Source: Caecitellus pseudoparvulus
Lineage: Eukaryota; Protista; Bigyra: Bicosoecida
Assembly: GCA_965644315.1 (NCBI GenBank)
Contig: CBFFRQ010000042.1
Location: 62,001-126,000, forward strand
Length of the DNA: 64,000 nucleotides
Direction of reading: 5' to 3'
Shown: positions 23,801 to 34,211 of the stretch, piece after piece
Layout of the letters: each line of letters starts with the position of its first letter
How positions within the stretch are numbered: position 1 is the stretch's first letter
Translations under genes and position numbers: made by a program
Notes under the pieces: model-generated
Seen by the model: only the letters and a program-made list of their open reading frames with translations
Databases searched by the model: none
What the model was told of the DNA's origin: nothing

Positions 23801-26463
23801 GCCCGTTGCCACAGCCACTGCACGCTGCATGGCTTTAGTGGCATGCGCAGCCGCTTTGCCGTCCACCTTGCTCTGAAAGTGCCGTTTCACGGCCCGATGG
23901 CCAGTGGTCATGCTTTCCTCGCCAGCGGGGGTAACGCGACGGTCTGGAGCGCCTGCGGCGTCACTGGCGCCAGAAAGCGTCACCTCGCGACTGTCCAGGA
24001 GGTGGAACATCTCCCCTTCTGTGTAAAAGTGGTGCCGCAGTGGCACAGGGCGCGTGTGCGTGGACACCACGTACACCTTGCGCCCCTTCGTGCGGCCAAT
24101 CCACTCGGAGAACTCCACGGTGTTCGGGGTGGTGGCAGACAGGAACACCATGCCCACGTGCTGTGGGAGCATGATGATGACTTCTTCCCACACGACTCCC
24201 CGCTCAGCATCGTTCACGTAGTGCACTTCGTCGAAGATGACGAACTCGATGTCCCGCACCAAGTCGGCTCCCCGGTACAGCATGGACCGCAGGATTTCAG
24301 TGGTCATGATGAGGCAGGACGCGTCTGGGTTGATGGACACATCCCCCGTGATGAGGCCCACGTCTTCGAATTTGCGCTGGAAGTCACGGAACTTCTGGTT
24401 CGACAGCGCCTTGATGGGGGACGTGTACACGCAGCGGGTGTTGTGGCTGGCACACAGCGCGATGGCGTACTCAGCGCAGACGGTCTTCCCTGCACTGGTG
24501 TGTGCTGCCACGAACACGCAGTCCCCGTTGTCAATGTGGTGCACTGCCTCCCGCTGGAACTTGTCCAGGGTGAATGGGAAAGTCAGGGCGGGGGTGCGCC
24601 CTGCCTCAGCAACGTCCAGCTCCGCCTCGGTCATGCGCCGCGTGACGGCCCACTGCGTCGCAGCCGTCTTGCGCGCCGCGACGGCATCAGCCCGCTCGCC
24701 TGCGTCTGTGATGAGGCGTAGGTCTCGCTCAGGCGCCTGGAGGGAGGCGCGCAGGGCGTCATCCAGCTCATCCGTTGCCAGCAATCCAGACAGCTCGTCA
24801 GCTGACGGCGGGGGAGCACTCCGTGCGTCGGGTGCAGAGTGCATCTGTTGGGGTTGGGCAGGTTCTGATGAGGATGCCTCCACAGCCGATGGCGTGGGGG
24901 CACTGTCAAAGACGTCAGAGTCGTTCACCTGCCACAGCAGCTGCGTGGAGGCTTCCGCATCCCCGTCGCCGACGCCGACAGAGATGCCATGCTTCAGCGA
25001 GGAGAGGGTGGACGCCGGCAGGCTCAGTCCCAGGGCAAGCGACATGCGCAGCTCGTCGCCGTGCAGCACCGTCTGCACGATGTCCCTGCCCTTGGCTGTG
25101 GTGGCCGGGCCTGCTGCCGGGGCAGGCGTCGGCTTGCCCTGCCCTCCCAACCCTGCAGCAGCAGCCAGGGCATCAGACTTGACCTGGGCTGCCTCACGCG
25201 CAGCCGCAGCAGCGCTTCGCTGGCGCTCTGTGCGCTGCGTGAGCGTCTGCACCTCCCGCTCAGCCTGCGCCTGCCGGCCTTGCGGAACCGCCACGGTGTG
25301 CAGGAGCCCAGCAGGGTTGCGCCCCGACGCAAACGCGTCAAACTCCGTGTACGCCACGCCAGAGGGTGGTACTGGGGGGGGCACAGAGCTGCCTTGGGTG
25401 GGAGCTGCCGGGGCTGGTGGTGGCTGTGCCGTGGCAGCCCCGATGCGCCGCATGGCAGCGGCCACTGGGCCCGGCAGGGCAGTCGCCGCTTCCTCCACAG
25501 CCAGCGCCTCGGGTGGCACAGGGGCGATGGGGAGCCCTACACCCACTGATGGGAGGCAGGTGTGGAAACCAGCAGGCGCCACGCCGTGGGGGGTGCCTGC
25601 TTGAAAAGCAGCCCATGCCGCTTCGCAAGCCGCAGCGGTTTGCTCGGCCAGGGACAAACCTGACTCGGTGAAGCCGTCCCCCGCAACGCTGCTGGGGAGG
25701 AAGGGTTGTACACCGTCTCCTGTCGTGTACGCACTGCGGCCGCCTGTGCCTGCAGCAGCGGAGCCGGCACGACGCACGCCTCCTGGCCCGGACACAGCAG
25801 AGGCCGTCCGCGCAAACCTGCTGCCGACGCCGAGCAAGACGTCCTCGCTGTCCGCTGAGAGCGCAGCGCGCATTTCAGGGGTGGGCACCTCCTTAAACTG
25901 CTGCCCTGCAGCTTCGGCACACACACCCAGCACTGGCTTGCTGTGGGCAGGGATGACAGTGTGGGTCGCCGGAGTCTCCGGCAAGCCCAGGGCCAGAGGC
26001 GACGGCGGCGGCAGGCGCAACAAACTGTGGCTGAACACGTCGTCCATACAGCCATGAACAGGGTGCAAAACCTGGGGGGAGTGGGGGGGGCATGGACTGT
26101 GGCGGCGCGAGCTACAGTGCGTGCCCGACGACCTCGCGTACCTTGGGCACCGCTCGCTCCTCGGGCTCTGCCGGCCTGCGCGACACGAAAACCGCCGTTC
26201 AACGAGCCTTGCGACAGCCCACCGGTTATGTGCATGCATCTTGCCTGCATTATACTCACCTCACGCCGTCTGCTCGAAACAGCGAGGCCAGAGTGGCTGC
26301 GAAAGGGAGCTGGACATGTGGCCCAATTCCGCAGGCCTGCACAGAAGACAACCGACGCACCATCCGGAGCTGATGAACCTGCAAGCGCACTGAGGCGCTG
26401 GGAAGCAGCAACGACGCGCTCGGCAGTCGTGCTAGTCGGTGCGTGGACAGAGTCACTCTCCAT
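20822..26463 (-). CDS. SKI2: Ski2 (SKIV2L) DExH RNA helicase; 5' exon structure uncertain
   Basis: 'FPFTLDKFQ..FVAAHTSAGKT', 'YTSPIKALSNQK', 'DEVHYVNDAERGVVWEE', 'LSAT', 'GVHHGGLLPILKE', 'ATETFAMGVNMPA', 'QMAGRAGRRG', DSHCT 'QEGSIVR..KRDVIFAASLY'. Confidence 0.93.
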
Positions 26464-26744
26464 GGTGACACAGCGAGTGTCGTGCAGGCAAAGTGGACTG
26501 GCACCTGACCCTGCCTGGCTCCTGCCTCACCACAAAGCGAGGAGCTCCACTAGCACAAGTCTGCACGTTTGCGACACGCGCAAGTCTAGATGCTGATGGC
26601 GTTGCGATGAATTTGAAACAACATGGCTGAATGAGCTTCACCCACATGGCGGCACCCTGCGACATGCAGCTGGACGCAGGGGAGCCATGGCTGCAGAGCA
26701 CGCTGCGAGGACCATGCCACGCGGCTGATCAGCAGGCGAACGCA

Positions 26745-27455
26745 TCACTTCTTCCTCCCAGACTTGGTGCGAGGGCTGCGCTTGCCCTTGCTGCTGCGGC
26801 CCGACTCCTCCGCCGGGGGAGGTGGCTCAAAGCCTGGTGCTGGTCCGATCACAGCAGCGTCCACGACGACTGCGTCCTTCAGCGGGGGCTTGGGCATGGG
26901 ACTGTCCACGCTGAGCACCACGTGCAATGGGGCAGAGCGCTCTGGCATAGTGAAGGCATGCTTCAACGCCTGCCACCGCACGTAGAAAGCACGGCTAATC
27001 TGGTCGACTATGGTTTCCAGCAGCGGCACCTCGAAGATGAGCGCGCCTGCTTCGTCAACAGCGGCTTTCAGCAGGGCAGCCTTGAACAGCTGAAAGTTGT
27101 CTTCCCTTGTCATCCACTTGCCTGGGGCCTCTTGGGCAGCGTCCAGTGCATCGTGCGCACACCTCAGCACGATTGAGAGTTGCTGCGATGTCAAGTCGTT
27201 TTCCGCACCCCAGGCAAGCAAGGCAAACAGTTCATCCAGAAGAATGCCGGCACACGCGGACTCCCCCACGTCCAGCATGAGCATGGAAGCCATGGATCTG
27301 TACTGGGAAACCGGGTCTGCCTGCACCCCTCCAGCCAGCAGAGCCTCCACTTGCTCAGCGCTGAGCCTGCATGGCTGTCGGCCTGGTCCACCCACAGAGC
27401 TGGCCTCTTCCAGGCCGCCCACAGCACTGGCCCCACTTGCAGACGACTCAGCCAT
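26745..27455 (-). CDS. CLAMP-domain flagellar central-pair protein (CFAP119/CCDC189-like)
   Basis: 'ILLDELFALLAWGAENDLTSQQLS..F..FKAALL..IFEVPLLETIVDQISRAFYVRWQALKHAFT' matches the CLAMP pattern from recall. Confidence 0.65.
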   Translation of the reverse strand: MAESSASGASAVGGLEEASSVGGPGRQPCRLSAEQVEALLAGGVQADPVSQYRSMASMLMLDVGESACAGILLDELFALLAWGAENDLTSQQLSIVLRCAHDALDAAQEAPGKWMTREDNFQLFKAALLKAAVDEAGALIFEVPLLETIVDQISRAFYVRWQALKHAFTMPERSAPLHVVLSVDSPMPKPPLKDAVVVDAAVIGPAPGFEPPPPAEESGRSSKGKRSPRTKSGRKK

Positions 27456-27710
27456 GCCTGCGGTGCTGTGCTGATCCCTTGCGTCCCCAGAGCATGGACT
27501 TTTCGCTTTTTGTTTTGCCCTTTGCTCATGAATGAGAAGAAACCAAAGAGACCTCAAGCGACGGGAGCCTGATGAGGCAAGCGACCTTGACAAGAGACCA
27601 AGTTTCCTGTGTGGAAGAAATGAAATGTTTTGCAACAGCCTTGCTGCAAAATCATCACATGGCCGCCAAGCTAAACAGCATTCCCATCTCCGCTGCTGCA
27701 GCTTGCATTC

Positions 27711-28752
27711 CTACACAGCCATGCTGCCCAAAATGCTGCCGACACTGGTCCCGGTGCCAGGCACCAGCAAAGACCCGATGGCAGCTCCCACAGCCGTCGC
27801 GGCGCCGACATGCACCTGGCCCAAGACTTGGCCGGCAGTGGGAGCGAGCACAAAGTGCCACAGCGCCGTGCCGACGACAGACAGGTCGATGCTGGGCACG
27901 GCACACACATACTCGTGCAAGGTCAGGCCGTCTGGCTGGAGAGGGGCCGCGCCTGCCTTCGCGGGCCTGTTCTTCTCCGCGGCTGCCGTGCGCACACTCG
28001 CCTGAAAGGGAGAGCTCTCCGCCAAGACCCTCTCCACATCCACCTTGCCCGTGGACTTGCTGGCCTCGGCCGCCTCCTCGACTTCCGCGTTGTACTGCTT
28101 CAGCGCCGATTCCAGCGCAAGGTCGTCATGGCGCGCCAGCAATGCGTTCAACACCTGCACCAAGGACGACGCGCCTTTCAAGCACGCCACACCTGCGGCA
28201 GGCAGCAGACTCCCTTGCAAGCCGGCCACGAGGACGCGGGCTGCGGTCATGAAGCGGCCCAGCACCGACGGATTGCTGAAGTGCAGGAACTCAGCCTCTC
28301 GGGGCAGGTCTGTGGGAGGAGACAGGGAGAAGGGTCAGCGCGGGTCTGGCAGGACTGCTCCACCCCTGCCACGCGCGGCACTGACCGTGGATGAGCAGCT
28401 GCCCGGCGAGGGTGCTGGGCACTGCTGTCGGGTGTGCCAGCCCTTCCAGCACTCGCTGCACGACGACCGTGGCAACGCCTGTGACACTCATGTCCATGAC
28501 TGCACTTGCGAAGGCACCTCGAGCAAAGTAGTCTTTCAGCCGCTGCATCTGATCGGGCGGCAATTCCTCAGCATCCTTGAGCTTGGCCAGGAAGTCCAGG
28601 ACCAGCGGCTCCTGCACTGCGCCAGTCAGCGCATTCACGAGGACGGTGCTGGCAAGGCTGGACAAATGCACATCTTCACGAAGATCATGCCCCTGCAGCC
28701 GTGGGGACCGCGGTGGCAGAATGCTGCTCCACTCCGCCGCTGTCGCAAGCAT
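27711..28752 (-). CDS. Unknown protein with C-terminal glycine zipper, tandem paralog B
   Basis: Exon 1 ends 'VQRVLEGLAHPTAVPSTLAGQLLIH' at a GTCAGT donor. Exon 2 reads 'LPREAEFLHFSNP..LTLHEYVCAVPSI..VGTALWHFV..GAAIGSLLVPGTGTSVGSILG'. Confidence 0.7.
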
Positions 28753-28908
28753 GTTGTGGTGTGCGGCGAAACAGGCGTGAAACGCCGCGGGGCCAAGCCC
28801 AGCAGCAGCGGGCCGCGCTGGCGCGTGAATTGCAGGCAGTCGCCGCTGCTTCTAGGTCAACACAGGACATGTGCAGGCGCCCTGCGGTTCAGATTGTGCC
28901 ATGGGGCT

Positions 28909-29992
28909 CTACATGCACAACCCCCCCAGGAGGTTGGCCGCGGCCTTCCCCAGTTGCGTGCCTTGTCCAGGGCTCAGCGCGGTGCCCACGGCGCCCCCTG
29001 CCCCTACCAAACCAAGCCCCTGGATGCGGGCCAGCGCTGCAGCCAAGCACGGCAGTGCAACGTAGTGCCACAGTGCCTTGCCCACCACCTCCACGGTGAG
29101 ACACGGCACAGCGTTCAGGTACTGGTGTACCGTCATGCCGGCCGGGTCCAGCACGACATCGTCTGCCGCGTCGCTCCTGACGAGGACCTCGCCTTTGCTC
29201 ACATGGTACTGGGCCAAGGCGCGTTGGACTGTCTGCCGCACGTGGGACCGCTGCAGTGGCTCGAAAGCAGTGGCGATGGACGCTGCGTCGCTCGCCGCCT
29301 CCAACGAGCCAGGAGCCGCTTGCTCACGGCGCCATGCCACCATGGCTGCCTCAAAAGCCAGGTCATCCATGCGCGCAAGTACCGCGTTGACCACGACAAA
29401 GACCCGCTCAGCCGCCAACAGCAGCAGAGACGCCGCGCTGGGGACGCTCGCACCAGCAGCTACACACGCCCCAGAGTGCAGCGCTGCACACGCACGGCCT
29501 GCCACCCCGCCGAGCTGGCGCTCGTACCTGGATGCGAGGAGCAGGGCCTCTTGCCCATCATCTGCAGGGGCGGGCAGGGGAGGGTGGTGACGGGCCTGCC
29601 CCGTCGGCGGTGGCAGCGGGCCGTCTGCACTCACTGTGCAAGAATGCCTGCCCCAGCAGGGTGGCTGGGGATGCCAGCGGCTGCATGCTGGCTTCCAAGA
29701 CACGCTGGACATGCCCAGCAGCAAGCTCCTGCAAGCTCCAGCCCCAGGCAGTGCGGGTCCACCTCCCAGAACCAAAGAATCGGTCCAGTGCTCGCTTTTG
29801 TGCTGCGGGAGGGTCTGTGCTGGCGGCAGCTTCCCGCAGAGGTGTCCGGAGCAGGAGCAGTGCGAGGGCGTGGTTCAAGCACACTGAGGAGCACACCACC
29901 CCCCAGTCTGTAAAGGAAGCAACATCAAATGTCTCCCTCCGTCTGTGGCTCGGTGGGCTCACTGCCAGAGCAGCTGCCGCGCTGCTCAACAT
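28909..29992 (-). CDS. Unknown protein with C-terminal glycine zipper, tandem paralog A
   Basis: Exon 1 ends 'VQRVLEASMQPLASPATLLGQAFLH' at a GTGAGT donor. Exon 2 reads '..MTVHQYLNAVPCL..VGKALWHYV..GGAVGTALSPGQGTQLG'. Confidence 0.7.
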
Positions 29993-30417
29993 TCCGTAGG
30001 CCTCACGTTTCGGGGTGAAACGCTGGGCCGTCTTGGGGGTGCCCAGTGAGGCTTGCGGGAGATAAAGCACGTTGCTCGACACACCCAAGGCGGAGACACA
30101 TCACACAACAAGCATTTTTATGGACTGAATGAATCTGTCCGTTCTCTCGAGCGCTTGAGATGGGGCCTGTATGTTGCGGAAAGGTATTGTAGCAAAGCAT
30201 GAGAGCGGATGCACGCTCATGTGCACTGCCTGCACAAATTTGCGCACACCAGTTTTCAGTCTAGAATACGAATGCTTGACGCAGGCCCCTCGCTAGCCTC
30301 GTGAGGTGCTGGGCCAGGCACAGGGGAGTGTGGCCTCGCACTGCCTCTCCGCGTCTGGTGCCATTGCGTGAAGCGCGCAGCGACGACGTGAGCTGCCTTC
30401 ATACCAAAGCACACACC

Positions 30418-31851
30418 ATGGAGCGAAGGTACGAGAGAGATGACATGCCACGGCGCAGCAACGGCAGGGCTTCCGAAAGGGAACCATTTGAACGCCGCCG
30501 ACGAGATGACCATTTTCCGCAACGGGAGGCGGAGCGGCAGTACCGTCCTGACAGGTATGAGGAGCGAGGGGGCGACCGCCGCGGATCGTACCGAAGAGAC
30601 AACCCACGAGGCTGGGACGGGGGCACGCGATCACACCGTGACGGCCGTCGGGGCGGGCTGGTCGATGACCGCACCCGGGGCCGGGGCATGAAGCGAGCCC
30701 GCGAGGCAGGCAGCGCAGCAGAGGGCGAGGCAGTGCCCGAGCCGCGCAGGCGCAGCGACGCAGCTGTGCCCACCAGCAAGCGACTGCTGGGGGCACTGTT
30801 CTCCGGGCAGCTGAAGGCCGCCAAGAAGCACTTGAGCAGTGAGCCTGAGAAGGCCAAGCTGGCAGCTCAAGCAGAGGCTCGGGCTGCTGCTGCGGCGAAG
30901 GAAAAAGAACAACTGGCCGAGGCTCAGGCACAGGCAGAGCGTGCGCACAGGGAGCGGCTGGCCTCCATTGACAGCGCTTTTGAGCGGCGGCGGCGCATGG
31001 CCGCATCACTGCTCGTGCAGCGCTGGCGAGGCCACTACTCAAACCTCGCTCAGGGCGACTTCCTGCTCACTGACACCCAGCCGCCCGTCTTCTGGCGCCC
31101 CGCGAAAGGCAACGATGCCACAAAGGCGGGCGTCGCCAAGCGCCAGGGCCTGTCAGCAGCCGCCCTGCAGCTGCAGGAGCAGGACTGGGCTGCGTTTCTG
31201 GCTAGCGAGAAACGGCAAGCAGAGCTGAAGGTGCGCCTGGCACGGGCTGCCACTGTGCGGGCCACCTCTGCTGATCAGGCAGCTGCTGAATCAGGTGCAG
31301 CAGGCGACATGGAGGAGGGTGAGGTGGCCGACGCACCTGCCCAAGCTCTTCCGGGTCTAGGCCGAGCTGGGCAAACCATCGACGCGTTGGCCACCCCTGC
31401 AGCCGCTGCCCCTGCAGCAGCAGCAGATTCCGACTCAGACGAAGGGGTGGTTGATGCTCCACCCCCTCCAGTGCCGGCCAGCACGCCGGCTGCTCCAGCG
31501 ACGCAAGGGGAGCCAGCGCGTGACGTAGCGGATCGCACGTCTACGTCCCCAGGCACTCAAGTCGATGGTGAGGCTCGTCTCCCGAGAGAAGCGAATGTGG
31601 ACGCTCAGCAGATGCAAGGCTCCACGGCACCTGCGCAAGCTTCAGAGCAGGCGAAGGCACCTGCCCCTGCGGAAGCTGCCCGTGGCGTTTCCAGACAAGT
31701 GGACGCGGAAGCCGAGGCAAAGGCTACAGCCCAGCAAGAAGCGGAGGCAGCTGCCGAAGCGGCCGCCCAACGGGAAGCAGAGGCACAGGCAGAGGCTGCA
31801 GCGCAAGCAGAGGCGGCAGTTCTGCTGGACGACGATTCTGATGATGAATAG
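30418..31851 (+). CDS. Pinin/SDK/MemA-domain splicing-associated protein
   Basis: RD/RG-rich N-terminus. 'SKRLLGALFSGQL', coiled coil, then 'FLLTDTQPPVFWRP' match the pinin domain. Acidic Ala-rich tail. Confidence 0.75.
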   Translation: MERRYERDDMPRRSNGRASEREPFERRRRDDHFPQREAERQYRPDRYEERGGDRRGSYRRDNPRGWDGGTRSHRDGRRGGLVDDRTRGRGMKRAREAGSAAEGEAVPEPRRRSDAAVPTSKRLLGALFSGQLKAAKKHLSSEPEKAKLAAQAEARAAAAAKEKEQLAEAQAQAERAHRERLASIDSAFERRRRMAASLLVQRWRGHYSNLAQGDFLLTDTQPPVFWRPAKGNDATKAGVAKRQGLSAAALQLQEQDWAAFLASEKRQAELKVRLARAATVRATSADQAAAESGAAGDMEEGEVADAPAQALPGLGRAGQTIDALATPAAAAPAAAADSDSDEGVVDAPPPPVPASTPAAPATQGEPARDVADRTSTSPGTQVDGEARLPREANVDAQQMQGSTAPAQASEQAKAPAPAEAARGVSRQVDAEAEAKATAQQEAEAAAEAAAQREAEAQAEAAAQAEAAVLLDDDSDDE

Positions 31852-31864
31852 TTGCATTGTCGGC

Positions 31865-32749
31865 TCACCTTTGCTTGGCGGGTGCCGACCCAGAGCGCAT
31901 GATAAGTTCACTGTACGCTTCTTCGCTCATGCCTCGGGGCTCTGTCGCTTTGCTTTGTTGTGGCACATGGACACCTTCCCCGTCCATGCTCACGAGCGGG
32001 CTTCGGTCCGCAGGAGCATGTCCTGGCTGCGCGCTCTTGAAGCGTATTCCGTACGGATCGACGCTGGGGTTCTTGGGCTCCAACTTGACAGCCTGAACGA
32101 CGGGGAATGCACGCCGGCGCAGGTTGGCACACTGAGGCTGCTCAGGCAGGTGGTGGCGCACTCACCGTGCCGTACACCATGACGAGGGAGTGCAAGCCGA
32201 CGATGAGCCGGTTCATCGTCGCGGCAGTGTTGAAGCGGATGCCTACCACAGCATCGGCGTCCAGCTTCATGGCATGGTCCACCAGTTTGTCCATGGATGC
32301 TGCCTGTGCACCGTGCGGGAGCCAGCGTCTCGATCAGCAAGCTGGGCACTGCCCACTCTCACGCACGCTGCTCTCGTTTAGGAGGTGGCTGTAGTGGGTA
32401 GTCTCCCCCCCAAACATGCCAGTGATTGCCGACAAGATATCCTTGAACAAGTTCTTCGTGCGCACGTCGCCTCCTGAGACGACCCCTGACAAGTGGCGGC
32501 GAGTGTTTCGCGTGAAACGGACTTGTTCACCACGCCGGGGCGCGGCCGCTGCGTACCAATCTCTTGGACGATGTCATAGTGCTCCAGGCATTCCTTCGTT
32601 GTCACAGGAAAGGGGGGCTGGGTAGCATCGCTCGAAAAATTCACCTGAGCGGGTACTTGTGCTGCCAAGGGTGCGAGAGCCGCCGGGATTCTCCTCAGCG
32701 AGAGAGCGCAAGTGCGCCGCGTGGCAAGCCTGCACAGGGACGCCGCCAT
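31865..32749 (-). CDS. YbjQ/UPF0145 family protein with mitochondrial-type presequence (4 exons)
   Basis: Spliced: 'FPVTTKECLEHYDIVQEI|GVVSGGDVRTKNLFKDILSAITGMFGGETTHYSHLLNESS|AASMDKLVDHAMKLDADAVVGIRF..VMVYGT|AVKL', the classic UPF0145 pattern. Not seen whole in the ORF track. Confidence 0.85.
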
Positions 32750-32827
32750 GGTTCAGGGTAAAGCCACGCAGTGCACATTCACTAGAACGCGGGAAGTGTA
32801 CGGGCTAGTCATGGGTGGAGAGTCTGA

Positions 32828-32981
32828 CCGGACCCGCTTCAGTGTGCGAAGCCAGCGCCTGAACGAGGGGGGCTCGAGCCCCCCTCTCAGTTTCTGCCCA
32901 CTTCACCATTACTGAACACAAAACAACCACCGCAATCATTCGTTGGTCTTGCGTAGATGGTGCAGCCCGACACGGGTCCGG
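32828..32981 (+). ncRNA. Candidate structured intronic RNA (H/ACA-like hairpin-hinge-hairpin-ACA)
   Basis: Closed by 9-bp CCGGACCCG/CGGGTCCGG. Long hairpin TTCAGT..GAGGGGGGCT/AGCCCCCCTC..ACTGAA, ANANNA hinge at about 32916-32925, second hairpin, then ACA. No target assigned. Confidence 0.4.
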
Positions 32982-33824
32982 CCTCTGGCGCGTGTGTTGT
33001 TTGGCATGGGGTTGGTGCGGGACTAACTGACGCCCGACAAACGTCTCACGCCAGTCCTGCCCTGCAGCGCCGCGCTCAGCCATGAGCCCGTGCAAACCAA
33101 GCCACGGAACTCTGAGAGGTTAGTTTCACGCCGCTGTCTTGTCCAGTGCCCGTGGCCAGGTGCTCGTGCCGTGTGAGGCGGTGGTGTGGCGCTGGCTCAG
33201 CCACGCACCTGCCGTGTTCTGATTTGCCGCCTTTGATTACCATTAACGAATCGAGACCTGACCTCTGTGATGTCTCAATATGTTTATGAGGCATATTCAC
33301 GTGTTTTTTGGACGGGGTGGCCTTTCAGGCAGCGGCTGCTGGCGTTCCTCCCGCTGCAGCTGCGTTCAGCTGCCCCCACATGCACAGGACGCGTAACCAC
33401 CTCGTGTTGCTTCACCCAGGGCATGCACGCGGCAAATCGCGACCGTTCATTCACAGATCCACCCGGACTTCGTGCATCCTGGCCTCTGTGTCCTGGTCCA
33501 AGCTTGCCAAGCAGCCACACCTCGTACGTGCATCGCAAGAGCCACTCAGCACCCACTTCCCAAAGGGCCGCAGTCGACCTCTCCGATTGCGAGTCCAAGT
33601 TGTGTGGGGATACCTACAAGCCTTTCCTACCGGATGGCGCATGGGCCTTCTCACCTCTGCGGCACTGGATGGATTGTACATTCCCCCCCCCTCGTCTCTC
33701 AGGCCTCAGGCATGTTTTTGTCCTCACGATGGTGCTTCGATTGACCCCTCGACTTGCTGGTGAGTTCCCTTGGTCGTTGCTTGTGTGCCATGCTTCGTCT
33801 TGTTTGTGTCTGGCGATGTGTCCC

Positions 33825-33935
33825 GGCTGAGTGAGGAAGCGTTGGAACGGCATGGGGGTCTGCTGGCTGCATGGCCCCCGTTACTGACGATAAAAAAGAT
33901 ATACCAGCGCATACCAATGGGTCCTTCTGACAGCC
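33825..33935 (+). ncRNA. Box C/D snoRNA, SNORD62/snR41-like, predicted guide for SSU rRNA Am (human 590 / yeast 541 equivalent)
   Basis: Terminal stem GGCTG/CAGCC. C-like box GTGAGGA 33831-33837, D box CTGA 33927-33930. Guide CCAATGGGTCCTT pairs 13 nt with SSU GAGGAUCCAUUGG (G-U allowed), and D+5 falls on the known methylated A. Confidence 0.75.
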
Positions 33936-33962
33936 TTCTCTGTTGTGCCCGTGTCTGGGCGT

Positions 33963-34073
33963 GTGTGGGATGACGATGAAACCTCCCTGGACTGAATGGG
34001 TCCTGGCCGGTCATCGGCCAGCCCAAACTTTGATGATCACCCTTCTTTATTGTCATAGTTACTCTGACCACAC
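33963..34073 (+). ncRNA. Box C/D snoRNA, snR63/SNORD46-like, with a second guide for SSU Gm (human 509 equivalent)
   Basis: Terminal stem GTGTGG/CCACAC. C ATGACGA 33970-33976, D' CTGA 33992-33995, internal hairpin, C' TTGATGA 34030-34036, D CTGA 34064-34067. Guide GTCATAGTTACT is a perfect 12-nt complement of LSU AGUAACUAUGAC (D+5 = yeast A2256 position). D' guide ACCTCCCTG complements SSU CAGGGAGGU. Confidence 0.88.
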
Positions 34074-34211
34074 TTGTGTGTCGCTGCTCCCCACGGCTTT
34101 TGCCCGCGCACCGTGACACTATCGCACACCCACTCCTCACCTCACCTCGCAGACTGCCCAGTGTTTCTCAACACTGCCTCCACACTCTCACACACGTTCA
34201 ATGCATTTCTA

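Larger units (their letters stand above)
32780..34210 (+). ncRNA. Putative spliced non-coding snoRNA host gene (boundaries approximate)
   Basis: Good splice signals with no coherent ORF: exon 33069-33118 (cctgcag|..|gttagt), exon about 33703-33759 (ctctcag|..|gtgagt), acceptor at 34152. Introns carry structured RNA-like segments. Confidence 0.55.

Noticed and set aside
31700-31830. Degenerate repeats encoding EAEAxAEAAAQ, and similar GGxKGGRK repeats near 22310-22470
   Set aside because: Ordinary low-complexity coding repeats, not an array or mobile element.
32815-33030. Possible RNase P/MRP RNA (GGAGAGTCTGACCGGACC resembles CR-I)
   Set aside because: No complementary CR-V/P4 partner found downstream.
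33243-33259. TTAACGAATCGAGACCT resembles the SSU rRNA sense sequence TTAACGAACGAGACCT
   Set aside because: Only about 16 nt with an insertion, no flanking rRNA similarity, and no C/D boxes on the minus strand. It is not an rRNA fragment.
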